64,000 nucleotides of DNA, from the NCBI RefSeq assembly GCF_964204645.1, contig NC_134027.1:23460560-23524559 (forward strand). The letters are read 5' to 3'. The position numbers were made by a program, and so were the translations under genes. The notes under the pieces are model-generated. The model was not told the DNA's origin and ran no database searches. It saw only the letters and a program-made list of their open reading frames with translations. Positions 12,348-23,908 of the stretch are shown piece after piece. This stretch comes from Tubulanus polymorphus (lineage: Eukaryota > Animalia > Nemertea). Position 1 is the stretch's first letter, and each line of letters begins with the position of its first letter.

Positions 12348-14300
12348 TCATCATCATCATCATCATCATCATCATGGCTAGGGAGTCAATCAATCATTCA
12401 TCAATAGAGTTGCCCGTTCTTGTGCTGCCACTCTCAAGGTGACGTTTGGTCTTCAGTGTCAGCTTCTCAGGTCGGCTCTAGGAGGTTGGTGTGGTGTCTT
12501 CCCCGCATTTTACTTAATGGAGCTTCCGATGATAGCAAACTCCAGGGCTTTTGGCTGTGCTGTTTGTGCCCGTGCGACGTGGCCAAATATGTTCCATCTG
12601 GCTTATTGAACTTTAAAAGAGAGTGGTTGTTCATTTTCGATGAGACTGTCGGGCCACATGTGGCCAGTAATAATCTGGAGATGGTTCCAGTGACAGGCAT
12701 CTTACTTGTCGAGCGGAGATGAGCTCGTTGAGCAGCTCAATTGCTGCAGTTGTTGAGCATCACAACATATGGAGTTATAGAGACGGAGCCTTGTCTTGAT
12801 GGGGATCATGGTCCGGCGGTTCCACATTTTTTCCAGTATGATTTGAATGCTATGTTACCGTGTGTGCATCGACGTTTGATATCTTCGATGCTACAGGGCC
12901 GATTAATTTCTTTCTGAGCCATGGTTATCTGCCACGAAGCGGTTCATTCTCTTCATTGGTTTCTCGGTTGTCTGCAAGGAACACACGTGTGAAATCTGTC
13001 TTAGTTTCGCTCATGAGTAAGTTGTGCTGTCGCTTCAATGCTTCAGCAGCAACAAGTCGAAGCTGGCCAAGGGGTTGAATCATCGGCATAAACCATTTCC
13101 ATCGGGATTCCTAGCTCGGACACTGGAGGGTTGTCACGTTGAAAGTTGGTCCTAACTGAGTTCAGGGCTGCAGCAAGGTAACATGTGAAGAGAACTGGCG
13201 ATAGGCTCTCTCTTGAAGTGAACCGATAAGTCAGCTCCAGGTTTCTGAGTTTACCCTCACTCTTTATAATACTGTTATGTATTTGCTAAGAGGCAGCGAA
13301 ACCCAGTCGTAGTTCATCACTGTTGCAACCGGCTTGTTGTAGGATGTCTAGCATCATTTTCTCTTGATTGTATCAAATGCACGAGACATGTATGTCGATG
13401 CCCATTTTGTCCAGCCTCGTTTAAAACAACGTTGAGCAGTTCCTGTGAGTATGACTACAATGGTAGTGTGACGATGAGGGCCTTTCTGATGCTATTCAGC
13501 AGTTCGATCGGTCCGAAGGCTTGTTTGATTTGTAGGGCGATCGATATACCATAACCAGCTTTTGATTGTGTTCTATTCGTATGACATGTTGATGGTCCCA
13601 GCAATCTAGGTCGATATGATGTCCTCTTTCGAAAGCTAGAAGAGTTTACTGCGGATATTATCTGGTCCTGCAGCCCGGTCGTCTTGGAGCTGGGATAGGG
13701 CAGTCTTGGCCTCGTTTTCAGAGATTGGGGTTTGCAGGGCTTCGGCTTCACCGGTGAATGGTTGGAAGAGGTTTGTCTTCGTCGTCGGTAAACTGTGGTT
13801 GTGGAACCAGGTTTTTATGTCTTCCCTTTGTCTGTGCGCATCGAGTTTCCGTCTGTGGCCTGTACTGAGGGGCGATGATGGGCTCATGGTTTTCAGCTGA
13901 TTTGAAGCGCGGAACATCTTTCGGCAGTCATCGGTGGACGAGATTTTATAGGCTATTCTATCGGCTTGTTGGAAGGTTATTTCTTCCAAATGCTTGGCAA
14001 TGCGTCGTAGCAGATGATGTCTCTCTCCTCAGGGCTGTATAGTCTTCACTCTAGCCGGTTTGGTAGATTTAGGAGACGCTGCTTTTTTGGTTTTTTTCTA
14101 AGAGGCCGAGTACTATAGGATCATTGCTCTGGTGGTTATTGCGGTGAAATTTTGGTTGGCCGGCAATTTTCAGCGCCGAGTTCTGCAAGCTTTTGAGAGT
14201 GGTGTTGAGGAGGACTGTGTTAGTGTCTCTGTTTGCGTTGAGACCAGTCTCATTTAGGTTGGTGGCGAGATCTTTCAAGTTAACAGATTGTAGCATGTGA
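12348..14300 (-). mobile_element. Degenerate 5'-truncated non-LTR retrotransposon (RTE-like) with (GAT)n tail
   Basis: Broken minus-strand ORFs include PISENEAKTALSQLQDDRAAGPDNI (RT N-terminal K/RAxGPDxI motif) and an RGR-containing C-terminus; (CAT)n at 12348-12375 is the 3' tail. Multiple frameshifts. Confidence 0.75.
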
Positions 14301-16473
14301 AACTTTCACACGCTACTTTCGGCGATTATACTTACCAAAAGATGCTCCTTACCCCTCACATCCCCGGTTCTCCCTTTAAAACGCATCGGAAAACATAAAC
14401 CTTATTTTCATACTCCATTAAACAATACAATTTAAAGAAAATGGAAAAGCAATTTCTAGGGCACTTGAAAATTTCTTAGATCCGCCCCGGTAATATGTCT
14501 AAAAAGACATAACTGAAAATTTTCGCATTATATCGGGGGGTTTTCTTCAGATTTCGAGGCAAATGTTACGTACGTTGAGGAAACCTAGCGGAGTGCTGGT
14601 ATATATGGAAGGGCGGTATATCTGGGTGTGACTGTACTTAAATACAAACTACTACTCACAGAAATTACTCCGATTGTATACAATTGATAACTGACAAGTT
14701 TGGTGGACATAGTAATCTCACAGCCGGCAGTTCTATATCTTAAGCGAACAGGTCACCAAAGCAAAAATTATCGACACAACGTCATACCCAAACCAAGGAC
14801 AGAACCGTGTAATATTATCAACCGAATTGCACACTTAACAGCAGTTAAGAGTTGTATAGAAGATGATGAAATGCGCATTGGTTAACCGTATAACTGAAAA
14901 ATATAATCCTTTGAAATTGTTCAAAATACAGATTGGATAGTTTAGATATTAAAGATATATTTTCACCGCACAACTTTAAACCAGCATCTGGTACTCACTA
15001 AAGGCTGAACTGAGATGACGACGTTGTTAGTAGTTCTTCAGTCCTTGTACACTGATTCCAAGAGACAAATAACACATGAATTTACGATTTGCAAAATTAG
15101 TGTTGCTAAACCATCAGAGACTGTATTTTGCTTTTCTCCGCAAAAGCAAAAAGAAAATACATCGTATATCCGTAATGTCGTTAGAAATGAAATAATCATA
15201 GAAATGTATACAATCATATAATGATACACCGGTCACAATTCCCTCTTTAATCGTTAATGATAAAATGTAGTGATTGGTCCCTGGCGAGGGAAGGGTGTCC
15301 GTGCGCAATTCGAAATGCCGGATATTGGAAAACGGATAAACACATTTTTATTTACCTTATCGAGAACCCACTGTAAGTATAATCATGGACGTATAAACTA
15401 GATTTTATACGTCCATGGTATAATATACTTTTACTCCGAGATCGTTATGATATTAGCACTTCCAGATAATAACAGCATATTCGGGCGTGAGTACCTTATC
15501 CGATAGCGACAACCTGTTGGAATCCTAGATCGAATTATGCTCTCTCAAGACTCTGGACCCCTTTTGTAGAAAAGAAACTTCGGATTCTCCCACTCGTGGT
15601 CTTCCAATTTTGGCAAGGAGCCAAGCAACCCATCGTCATAACCGTTCACTGCCCGTTTTTGGTTACGAAATGATTCAGCGCTTATGATTCACTAATCTAA
15701 AATAATTTTGGAAACTGATTTGCTAAACTTACTTTTTCCTTCCAACCGTCCTGTCATGACGCGTAATGATTCACTCACTCCCGGGTTTCATCGTTGAATG
15801 AACAGCTTTCAAAAACTATGGAACTGTATCCTCTGTCAAATTAAACCCACAAAACTGTGGAACTGTATGCACTGTCAAATAATTCAAAGTAAACGGATAT
15901 AGCGAAATCATTCTACTATTTTTCTCAGTTATAGCTAGGGAGGGCCACCCCACATATTGGGTCCGTTTTAATCCAAAAACCAACGACGGAATAGGCGGAC
16001 AATTTTTACTGGCTTATTAGAATATAACCGTTTACTACAATACAAATTTCAAACATAAAGGTTTACAGAATATTGTTGTAATTATCAAAAATCAATGAAA
16101 TTGGACGGAAACAGAGGAAAACCAACCAGATTACAATTTATTCCGCTTCTTCATGTAACGAAACACTGCAGTGACCAAACCGCCACGCAGTCACAAACCC
16201 AACTGAACAGAAATGCACGTACGTAATGTTAAACCCGGAAATACTCAAACCAATAATCAAATACTCAGAATCACAGCAGCGAAAAGAAATCCAAAAGCTC
16301 TGAAGCAACCAACAAACCCAACGGTCCGAAACACCGGTATCAAGAGCGTTGATTTGAGGAAAGCTACACACGTGGGCGTGAATAAGTCTACGTGTATCAC
16401 ATTGTGCAGCGACTCATTGTTCGCAGAAATCTGAATTAAAACGCACGTAAGGTTTCTATCCGGAGCGTTCGCG

Positions 16474-17439
16474 ATGGATTTCAACGTTTCGACGACATGC
16501 ACTAGCAAACATACTACGGATTACAATACGATATTTCAAGGGATCGTTTCACTGGTCATACTTTTCGGTAGCGGTATTTTGATAATTTTGGTCGCTACGA
16601 AGCCGGATTTGCGCACGAATTTCACCTATTTACTGGTCAGTATGGCAGGCGCCGATCTTACGGCCGGTGTGTATATGTTGTTGGCCACTGTTGATGGTAT
16701 CATCCATTCCTCCTCAAATAACGTACCGCTTTGTTTTTTGTTGAATCTAGTTGGGACACTTTCCATTGTATCATCTTCTATTCACGTTGTCCTGATCGGT
16801 ATAAACAGACATATGGCCGTCAAGTACCCGATCAAACACAGAAAACACGCCAGTTTATACACGTACATCAGTATTTGTGTCGGATGGACGATACCAATGC
16901 TGATCACGTTGGTGCGTTGTTTGTGGATGGTAAAATCGGGATTTCTAGAAAGCGCGGATTGCTGTCATACATTCAAGGTTGGCGGAACGGCCTATATTAC
17001 CACTTTTACCCTCCTACTTGCTCTATTGGTACTTTTATTGTTGATTCTTCACGTGGACATCATTCGGCTTTTAGTGTGGAAGAGAAACCGACAGATAGCT
17101 CCCGCGATACGTTCTGGTGGTATTACGCAATACACCATTTCACGACTGAGGAACACGATCAGAATTTCGGTTATGGTTTTCTTGTCGTTCACGATCTGCT
17201 GGATGCCGTATCTGGTGGTCGCGTGGTACATACGTCTCCAAGGCCCGAGCGACACTCTTCTATCCACGAGGTATATCGTATTTATCATCCTGTTCCTCAA
17301 TTCGTCGGTCAACCCGATTATCTATACGATATTCAATCCCGATTTCAAGAAAGCGTTTTGGTCATTTCTGTGTTATTTGAAACATCGTCGTCAACATCGG
17401 CTGCAGCAGCAGCAGCAGCAGCAGCAGCAAGCCGCCTAA
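16474..17439 (+). CDS. Intronless class A (rhodopsin-like) GPCR, paralog 1 (321 aa; C-tail shortened by CAA>TAA after a Q-tract)
   Basis: Seven hydrophobic segments, SMAGADL (TM2), NRH at the DRY position, ECL2 Cys, FTICWMP (CWxP), NSSVNPIIY (NPxxY), helix 8 FKKAF. Confidence 0.92.
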   Translation: MDFNVSTTCTSKHTTDYNTIFQGIVSLVILFGSGILIILVATKPDLRTNFTYLLVSMAGADLTAGVYMLLATVDGIIHSSSNNVPLCFLLNLVGTLSIVSSSIHVVLIGINRHMAVKYPIKHRKHASLYTYISICVGWTIPMLITLVRCLWMVKSGFLESADCCHTFKVGGTAYITTFTLLLALLVLLLLILHVDIIRLLVWKRNRQIAPAIRSGGITQYTISRLRNTIRISVMVFLSFTICWMPYLVVAWYIRLQGPSDTLLSTRYIVFIILFLNSSVNPIIYTIFNPDFKKAFWSFLCYLKHRRQHRLQQQQQQQQQAA

Positions 17440-18110
17440 ATCGAGACTATCGCTCACCCTCCATCGACTGTATTGACTACTGCTGTGAGACCATTGTATC
17501 GTAAAATAAAACTTTAAAAAACTAGTTAAACTGACTCAGGTGGAGCTTCGAAGAATTATATGAAAGTGCACCCACCAAAGACTAAAAGTTTAAGTGGAGT
17601 CCTAGGAGTTCTCCCGTAGAACATTTTCCGAAAATTAGATGCAAAGAAGAACTATTTCACGGCTTCCGGCTTAAATTTATATGCGCGTGAACACGGAAGA
17701 AATTGTTACCACATTTCCTGCAATTTGACCGACGTCAAATCTTGTTTGGCAGAGATCTAACAAAAAATGTCGCCAATTAGTGAATGTTTTCAAAATACTG
17801 GTGAAATTAGCTTTAGACCAACAACATCAGGTTTTATGACCTTCGTCGATGAGCGGGGAGTGTTCATTCTTCGAGCCACTTGAACCCATAACGGACCTGA
17901 TAGTTTACGTTTTACTCGTTCTACCCTTAAAGTGTGTTTTGATACAAAACTGTATGTATGCTGTGTGTGTACTTTAATTTAAAACTTTCTGCCAATGTTA
18001 ATCTACGGTCAATCTATGATGAATATGAAATTCTTTATTTGATATTATTCTGTATTTCTATATAACTATGAATCAGTTTAGAATCACAATATCCGTGATA
18101 ATTAAGACTC

Positions 18111-18255
18111 GATGAGTAAAAAATCCCAAAATGTGTGAACGAATCTAAAAGGTTTATTTAAAAATTAGAAATATTTCGGATGGTTGCTACCACCCTTCTT
18201 CAGTCTAAAATGATTATTTAGATTCGTTCACATATTTTGGGATATTTTACTCATC
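18111..18255 (-). mobile_element. Palindromic Penelope-derived insert containing a minimal hammerhead motif
   Basis: Outer ~40-bp inverted arms (GATGAGTAAAA..TCCCAAAAT.TGTGAACGAATCTAAAA); the insert is absent from the paralogous flank of GPCR2 (~21090). Confidence 0.6.
18165..18208 (-). ncRNA. Minimal type I hammerhead ribozyme motif
   Basis: Minus strand reads TTAGA CTGAAGA A GGGTGGT-agca-ACCATCC GAAA TAT T TCTAA: stem I, CUGANGA core, 7-bp stem II, GAAA, palindromic short stem III, UH site. Confidence 0.7.
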
Positions 18256-19060
18256 TATGTCACTATATTACGTTAATCAACTCTAATTCGCGTAAAGCGA
18301 CCATTAAAACTGTGCAGTCTGAATAAACCACGGTTTTCATATCCACTAACACTTGTATAGGCTAATAAGGATTGCCAAAGTCGTCATCTTCTTATGATGT
18401 TGAAAAGAGAAACGAAATTTTAAACCTGACAGACTATCAGATTCAGCTATTGAATAAGATGGTGATTTTTTAAAGAAACACACACACACACACACGCACG
18501 TACGCACGCACGCACGCACACACACACACAAAGTCAAAGTGGTTTTTTAATATTGGATTCTCTGAAAGTTAATTTGCCCTTTTTAAAAATTTTGTCTCAG
18601 TATAGGCTCAGAAAATGTGCCCTTTCCTTTGATGTTTTTTTCTACCTTCTAGATATATTGAGAAACGTCTTTACTACGTCTTCGCGAAGACCTAAAATTC
18701 CATGTGAATGAGGATACAGTTAGGCTATAAATAATATACAGTCAACTGCTCTTAATCCGTTTAATCCGTACGAGTGGGACCAGGCAAAACCATGGCGGAC
18801 TTTTCTGCGCCTTTGTAAACACGTAGATAATTATGGCTGGAAAAGTGAAAATAGATGTTTTGAGATTTTGGGCCGCCGCACTGCACTTCTGCCTCCGACA
18901 GGCCTGTATGTACCGAGAGTGTTGATTGGTGCTCTGGCGAAAGCAATGAACTTGGGCGTTAATTAGTCTACGTGTAGTACGTATCACTTTGTGTAGCGAC
19001 TCTTTGCTCGCAGAAATTTAAACCGAAACGCACATAAAGTTTCTATCTGCGGCATTCGCG

Positions 19061-20054
19061 ATGGATTTCAACGTTTCAACTACATGCACTACCGAACATA
19101 TTACAATTTACAATACGATATTACAAGGGTTAATTTCACTGGTCATACTTTTCGGCAGTGGTATTTTGATATTTTGTGTCGTTACGAAGCCGAATTTGCG
19201 CACGAATTTCACCTATATACTGGTCAGTATGGCAGCCGCCGATCTAACGGTCGTTGTGTACATGTTGTTGCCCACTGTTGATGGTATCATCCATACCTCT
19301 TCAAGTAACGTACCGTTTAGTTTTTTGTTGCATTTAGTTGGGACACTTTCTATAATATCATCTTCTATTCACGTTGTCCTGATCGGTATAAACAGACATA
19401 TGGCCGTCAAGTACCCGATCAAACACAGAAAACACGCCAGTTTACACACGTACATCAGTATTTGTGTCGGATGGACGATGCCAATGCTGTTCACGTTGGT
19501 GCGTTGTTTGTTGATGGTAGAATCGGGATTTCTAGAAGGCGTGGAATGCTGTCATACATTCAAGGTTTACGGAACGGCCTATATTACGACTTTTACGCTC
19601 CTACTTGCTCTATTGGTACTTTTATTGTTGATTCTTCACGTGGATATCATTAGTGTGGAAGAGAAACCGACAGATCTGATAGCGCCCAAGATACGTTGGT
19701 ATTACGCACTACACCATGACACGGCTGAGGAGCACGATCCAAATTTCCGTGATGGTTTTCTTTTCGTTCACGATCTGCTGGATGCCGTATCTGATAGTCG
19801 CGTGGCACATACGTCTCCACGGCCCAAGCGACACTCTTCTATCCACGAGGTATCTCGTATTTATCATCCTGTTCCTCAATTCGTCGGTCAACCCGATTAT
19901 CTATACGATATTCAATCCCGATTTCAAGAACGCGTATTCGTCAGTTCTGTGTTATTTGAAACATCGTCGTCAACATCGGCTGCAGCAGCAGCAGCAAGCC
20001 GCCCAAATCGAGACTATCGCTCACCTTCCATCGAATGCACGTACATTAATGTGA
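19061..20054 (+). pseudogene. GPCR paralog 2, frameshifted in ICL3
   Basis: TM1-5 lie in the ORF starting 19061 and TM6-7 in a different frame (19716-20054). Indels relative to paralogs: -8 (~19650), +5 (~19676), -2 (~19696). Confidence 0.8.
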
Positions 20055-20080
20055 GGCCATTATAACTTGCAATAAAACTC

Positions 20081-20344
20081 TTAATAAGATAAAATCCCAC
20101 TATTTACCGATTAAAAGAATTTAAAAACCAGAATTTATTTATTCAATCTAAAATATATAAAAGATACGAACGACGTCACCCGATCTCAACCTAGAGATCA
20201 TCGTCTAGGGTGAGATCGAAACATCGTGTCTTTTATATATTTTAGATTGAATAAATAAATTCTGGTTTTTAAATTCTTTTAATTTGTAGATAGTGGGTTT
20301 TTATCTTATTATCCGTTCACCACGTTTGAGTGTGGTTATCGTTC
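20081..20344. mobile_element. ~230-bp palindromic insertion with 8-bp TSD (TAAAACTC), Penelope-terminus-like centre
   Basis: 20082-20311 is a near-perfect inverted repeat; TAAAACTC at 20073-20080 and 20345-20352; centre GATCGAAACATCGTGTC resembles the motif at the PLE end (~28170). Confidence 0.7.
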
Positions 20345-22912
20345 TAAAACTCAAACTTGTTTTACTGACTGAGATGGAGCTTCGATTTACATGAAAGTGG
20401 ACTTTTTATAAGGTGCATCCACCAACAAACACGAAAAGTTTTATACGTCGAGTCCCAGGAGTCCTCCCGCGGAACTTTTTTTGAAAATTAAATGCAAAGA
20501 AGAACATTTAACGGCTTAGATTTATATGCGCGTGAAAACTGAAGAAATTTCTGCTACATTCAGTCTGTGCAATTTGACCGGCCTCGAATCATGTACGTAA
20601 GTTTGGAAGAAATCTAACAAAAAGTGTCGCCAATGAGTGACCATTTTCAAAATACTGGTCAAATTATCTTTAGGCCATCGGCATCAGGTTTGACCTTCGT
20701 CGATGAGCGGGGAGTGTTCATTCTTCGAACCCCCTAAACCCAAGGGCTTAAGATAGTTTTAAGTTTTACTCATTTACCCTTACGTAGAAAAAAAAAGGTT
20801 ATGACCTTTGGTACAAAACTGTAAGTAGAGTCAAACCCGCTTAATCCTGATCGGCTTCTTCCGGATTTGCGTCTTATCTGGACAATATTGTTGCAGTCCA
20901 TATACAAGAAATGAATCTTAATCCAGATTTCCCGTGAACCGGATGAGTTTTGTTTGTTCCCAAATGATCCGAATTAAGCGGATTCTACTGAATAAGTTGT
21001 GTGTGCACTTAAGTTTGAAACTTTCTGCCAATGTTAATCTAAATGTTAATCTATGATGAGTATAAGATTCTTTATTTGCTATTGTTCTGTGTCTATGTGA
21101 CTTATATCAATCACCTAATTTTTGTTAATACGACCAGTGAAACTGTGCAGTCAGAATAAGCCAACCATTTTCTGAAAGAAAGTGGTTTTTGGTAAACCTC
21201 GGTCAAATTTGATGTTGAAACGACGGAATAGGACCGTCTTGATGATTCCATAATGGATGTAACGAACTATCGGTTGACGAACATGTTTTTATTCTGAAGT
21301 TCTTCGTAACGATATTGCACTGCAGGCCTATGTTGTAGGCCTAGTTCCACATGGCCTTGGTTTTGAAATAGATCCGGAGGTACATTATGCTCAATGAGTT
21401 ATACCATGTTTAGGAACAATTGAGGGTGAGCTTATACGGTATTTCATCATCTTTGTTTCGGGTCATGCAGATCGGTGAAATCCGGGAGAAGTTCTTTAAA
21501 ATCGACTAACTTAGCTTCGCAAAAATGAATCTAGATCACTCCTACTCAAATGAGGATATATGGGGGTATGAATGAATATTAGACATCTATTCTCAAAAAT
21601 TTACGATACCAGCATATCCATTCTAGTCCAGTTCAATCTTGTACCAAGTGTGATGATGACCATTTTCACATAATTAGATAATTTGATTAGCACTAATTAT
21701 GCAAATGTAATTTTCATCTAAATAACAATGCTACAGGCTTTTATATCATGTATGCATTTTGTCTGCAATATAGAAATGAAAAATATTGCTGAGATAGTGG
21801 TCATACTGAGTCAATTCAGTGAAATTCAATTTTAAATGATTCATTGATCCACGATTGGGTCCAAAATTAAATTCAACCCTCACTATTGTGGAACTGAATC
21901 CACAATTGAATTGAACCCTTGCACTGCTGTGGAATCAAAGTAAACCCACACAATTATGGTTCTGGACCCGAGACGACAAATTAAGCCCATAAAACTGTGG
22001 AACTGGATCCAACCCTTATCTTGAACGGGGTTCAAAATTACCGGTGGTACCGGATCCAGAGTTATCTATGCGTCAGGTAAACCCTCTTCGACAATGCGTA
22101 TGCTACGTCCCGGGGACCCGTTTGAAAAAGTTTCGAGTGATTTCCAACGTTAATTGCGAGTTAGCTAAGTCGGAATAAATGATTTTTCACAGGGGAAATA
22201 TTTTCCGGGATTATTTCGAGATGGTGAAGTTAAAACGAACGGGTTTTCTCGGGAAGAAATTATTTCACCGGTGCAGTTTATCCCAAATTAACTAACTGGC
22301 AGCAGTTACCCAAGGCCGTCGGAAGGGGAGGGCCGCCCCACTTATTGGGTCCCGAGGTTTTTAGTTCATTAACAACTCGTTTTTCTGCTCAGATAGCCGT
22401 ATGGCCGCTTCCCGCTATAAATTGCCGGCGTCGCAGCTACGTCACGCACTTACCACGCGACCTTGGTTCAACGTTATGATGATCCATGTGCATAAAGATA
22501 TACGTAGCAGAAAATCTAGATATGAAAACTACTGCGAACATTTTTGTTATAGACATTGAACACCGCCCGAGTTTGGAAAAAATTCTGGATAATTCAATGT
22601 TGATCACTTGAAAAAGTAGTTTATTTTACAGGTGAGAATTCCATTCTGGAGTAGCTCAAAATGAAATATCCTGGCTTATAAGATCGAAAAATCTTCTGGG
22701 TGAGGGCTCTTCCTTTTATGAAATTTTGGGCTACCACACTGCACTTTTCCTTCCGACAGGTCTGTAACAGGTATCAAAAGTGTTGATGGGAGCTCGAAAA
22801 CAATGAACGTGGGCGTTTATTAAAGGTGGTACGTATCAGATTGTGCAGCGACTCATTGCTCGCAGAAATTTAAACCAAAACGCACATAAAGTTTCTATCT
22901 GCGGCATTCGCG

Positions 22913-23908
22913 ATGGATTTTAACGTTTCAACTACATGCACTACCGAAAATACTACAATTTGCAATATGATATTACAAGGGATCATTTCACTGGTCATAC
23001 TTTTCGGCAGTGGTATTTTGATATTTTGTGTCCTTACGAAGCCGAATTTGCGCACGAATTTCACCTATTTACTGGTCAGTATGGCAGGCGCCGATCTTAC
23101 GGCCGGTGTGTACATGTTGTTGGCCACTGTTGATGGTATCATCCATTCCTCCTCAAGTAACGTACCGTTTTGTTTTTTGTTGAATCTAGTTGGGACACTT
23201 TCTGTAATATCATCTTCGGTCCACGTGGTGCTAATCGGTATAAACAGACATATGGCCGTCAAGTACCCGATCAAACACAAACAACACGCCAGATTTCCCA
23301 CGTACATCAGTATTTGTGGCGGATGGACGATGTCTGTGCTGTTCACGGCGCTGCGTTGTTTTTGGTTGGTTAAATCGGGATTTCTAGAAGGCGCAGATTG
23401 CTGCCACACATTCAAGATCGGCGGAACGGGCTATATTGCGACTTTTACGTTCATACTTGTTCTAATGGTAATTATGTTGTTGATTCTTCACGTGGACATC
23501 ATTCAGCTTTTAGTGTGGAAGAGAAACCGGCAGATAGCTCCCGCGATACGCTCTGGTATTACGCAATACACCATGACACGACTGAGGAACACGATCAGAA
23601 TTTCGGTTATGGTTTTCTTGTCGTTCACGATCTGCTGGATGCCGTATCTAGTAGTCATATGGTACATACATTTCCACGGCCCGAGCGACACTCTTCTATC
23701 CACGAGGTATATTGTATATATCATCCTGTTCCTCAATTCGTTGGTCAACCCGATTATCTATACGATATTCAATCCTGATTTCAAGAAAGCGTATTCATCG
23801 GTTCTGTGTTATTTGAAACGTCGTCTGCAGAATCGGCTGCAGCAGCAGCAAGCCGCCCAAATCGAGACTATCGCTCACCCTCAAACTAATGTACGGACAT
23901 TAATGTGA
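22913..23908 (+). CDS. Intronless class A GPCR, paralog 3 (331 aa)
   Basis: Intact 7TM ORF with ADL, NRH, CWMP and NPIIY motifs. Confidence 0.93.
   Translation: MDFNVSTTCTTENTTICNMILQGIISLVILFGSGILIFCVLTKPNLRTNFTYLLVSMAGADLTAGVYMLLATVDGIIHSSSSNVPFCFLLNLVGTLSVISSSVHVVLIGINRHMAVKYPIKHKQHARFPTYISICGGWTMSVLFTALRCFWLVKSGFLEGADCCHTFKIGGTGYIATFTFILVLMVIMLLILHVDIIQLLVWKRNRQIAPAIRSGITQYTMTRLRNTIRISVMVFLSFTICWMPYLVVIWYIHFHGPSDTLLSTRYIVYIILFLNSLVNPIIYTIFNPDFKKAYSSVLCYLKRRLQNRLQQQQAAQIETIAHPQTNVRTLM

Noticed and set aside
14327-14345. ATACTTACC resembling the U1 snRNA 5' end
   Set aside because: Continues AAAAG rather than TGG, and there is no U1 body or Sm site.
16731-17504. 257-aa alternative-frame ORF over GPCR1 (244 aa over GPCR4) as an independent gene
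   Set aside because: Non-ATG start, interrupted in paralogs 3 and 5, and no recognisable domain; treated as a shadow frame.
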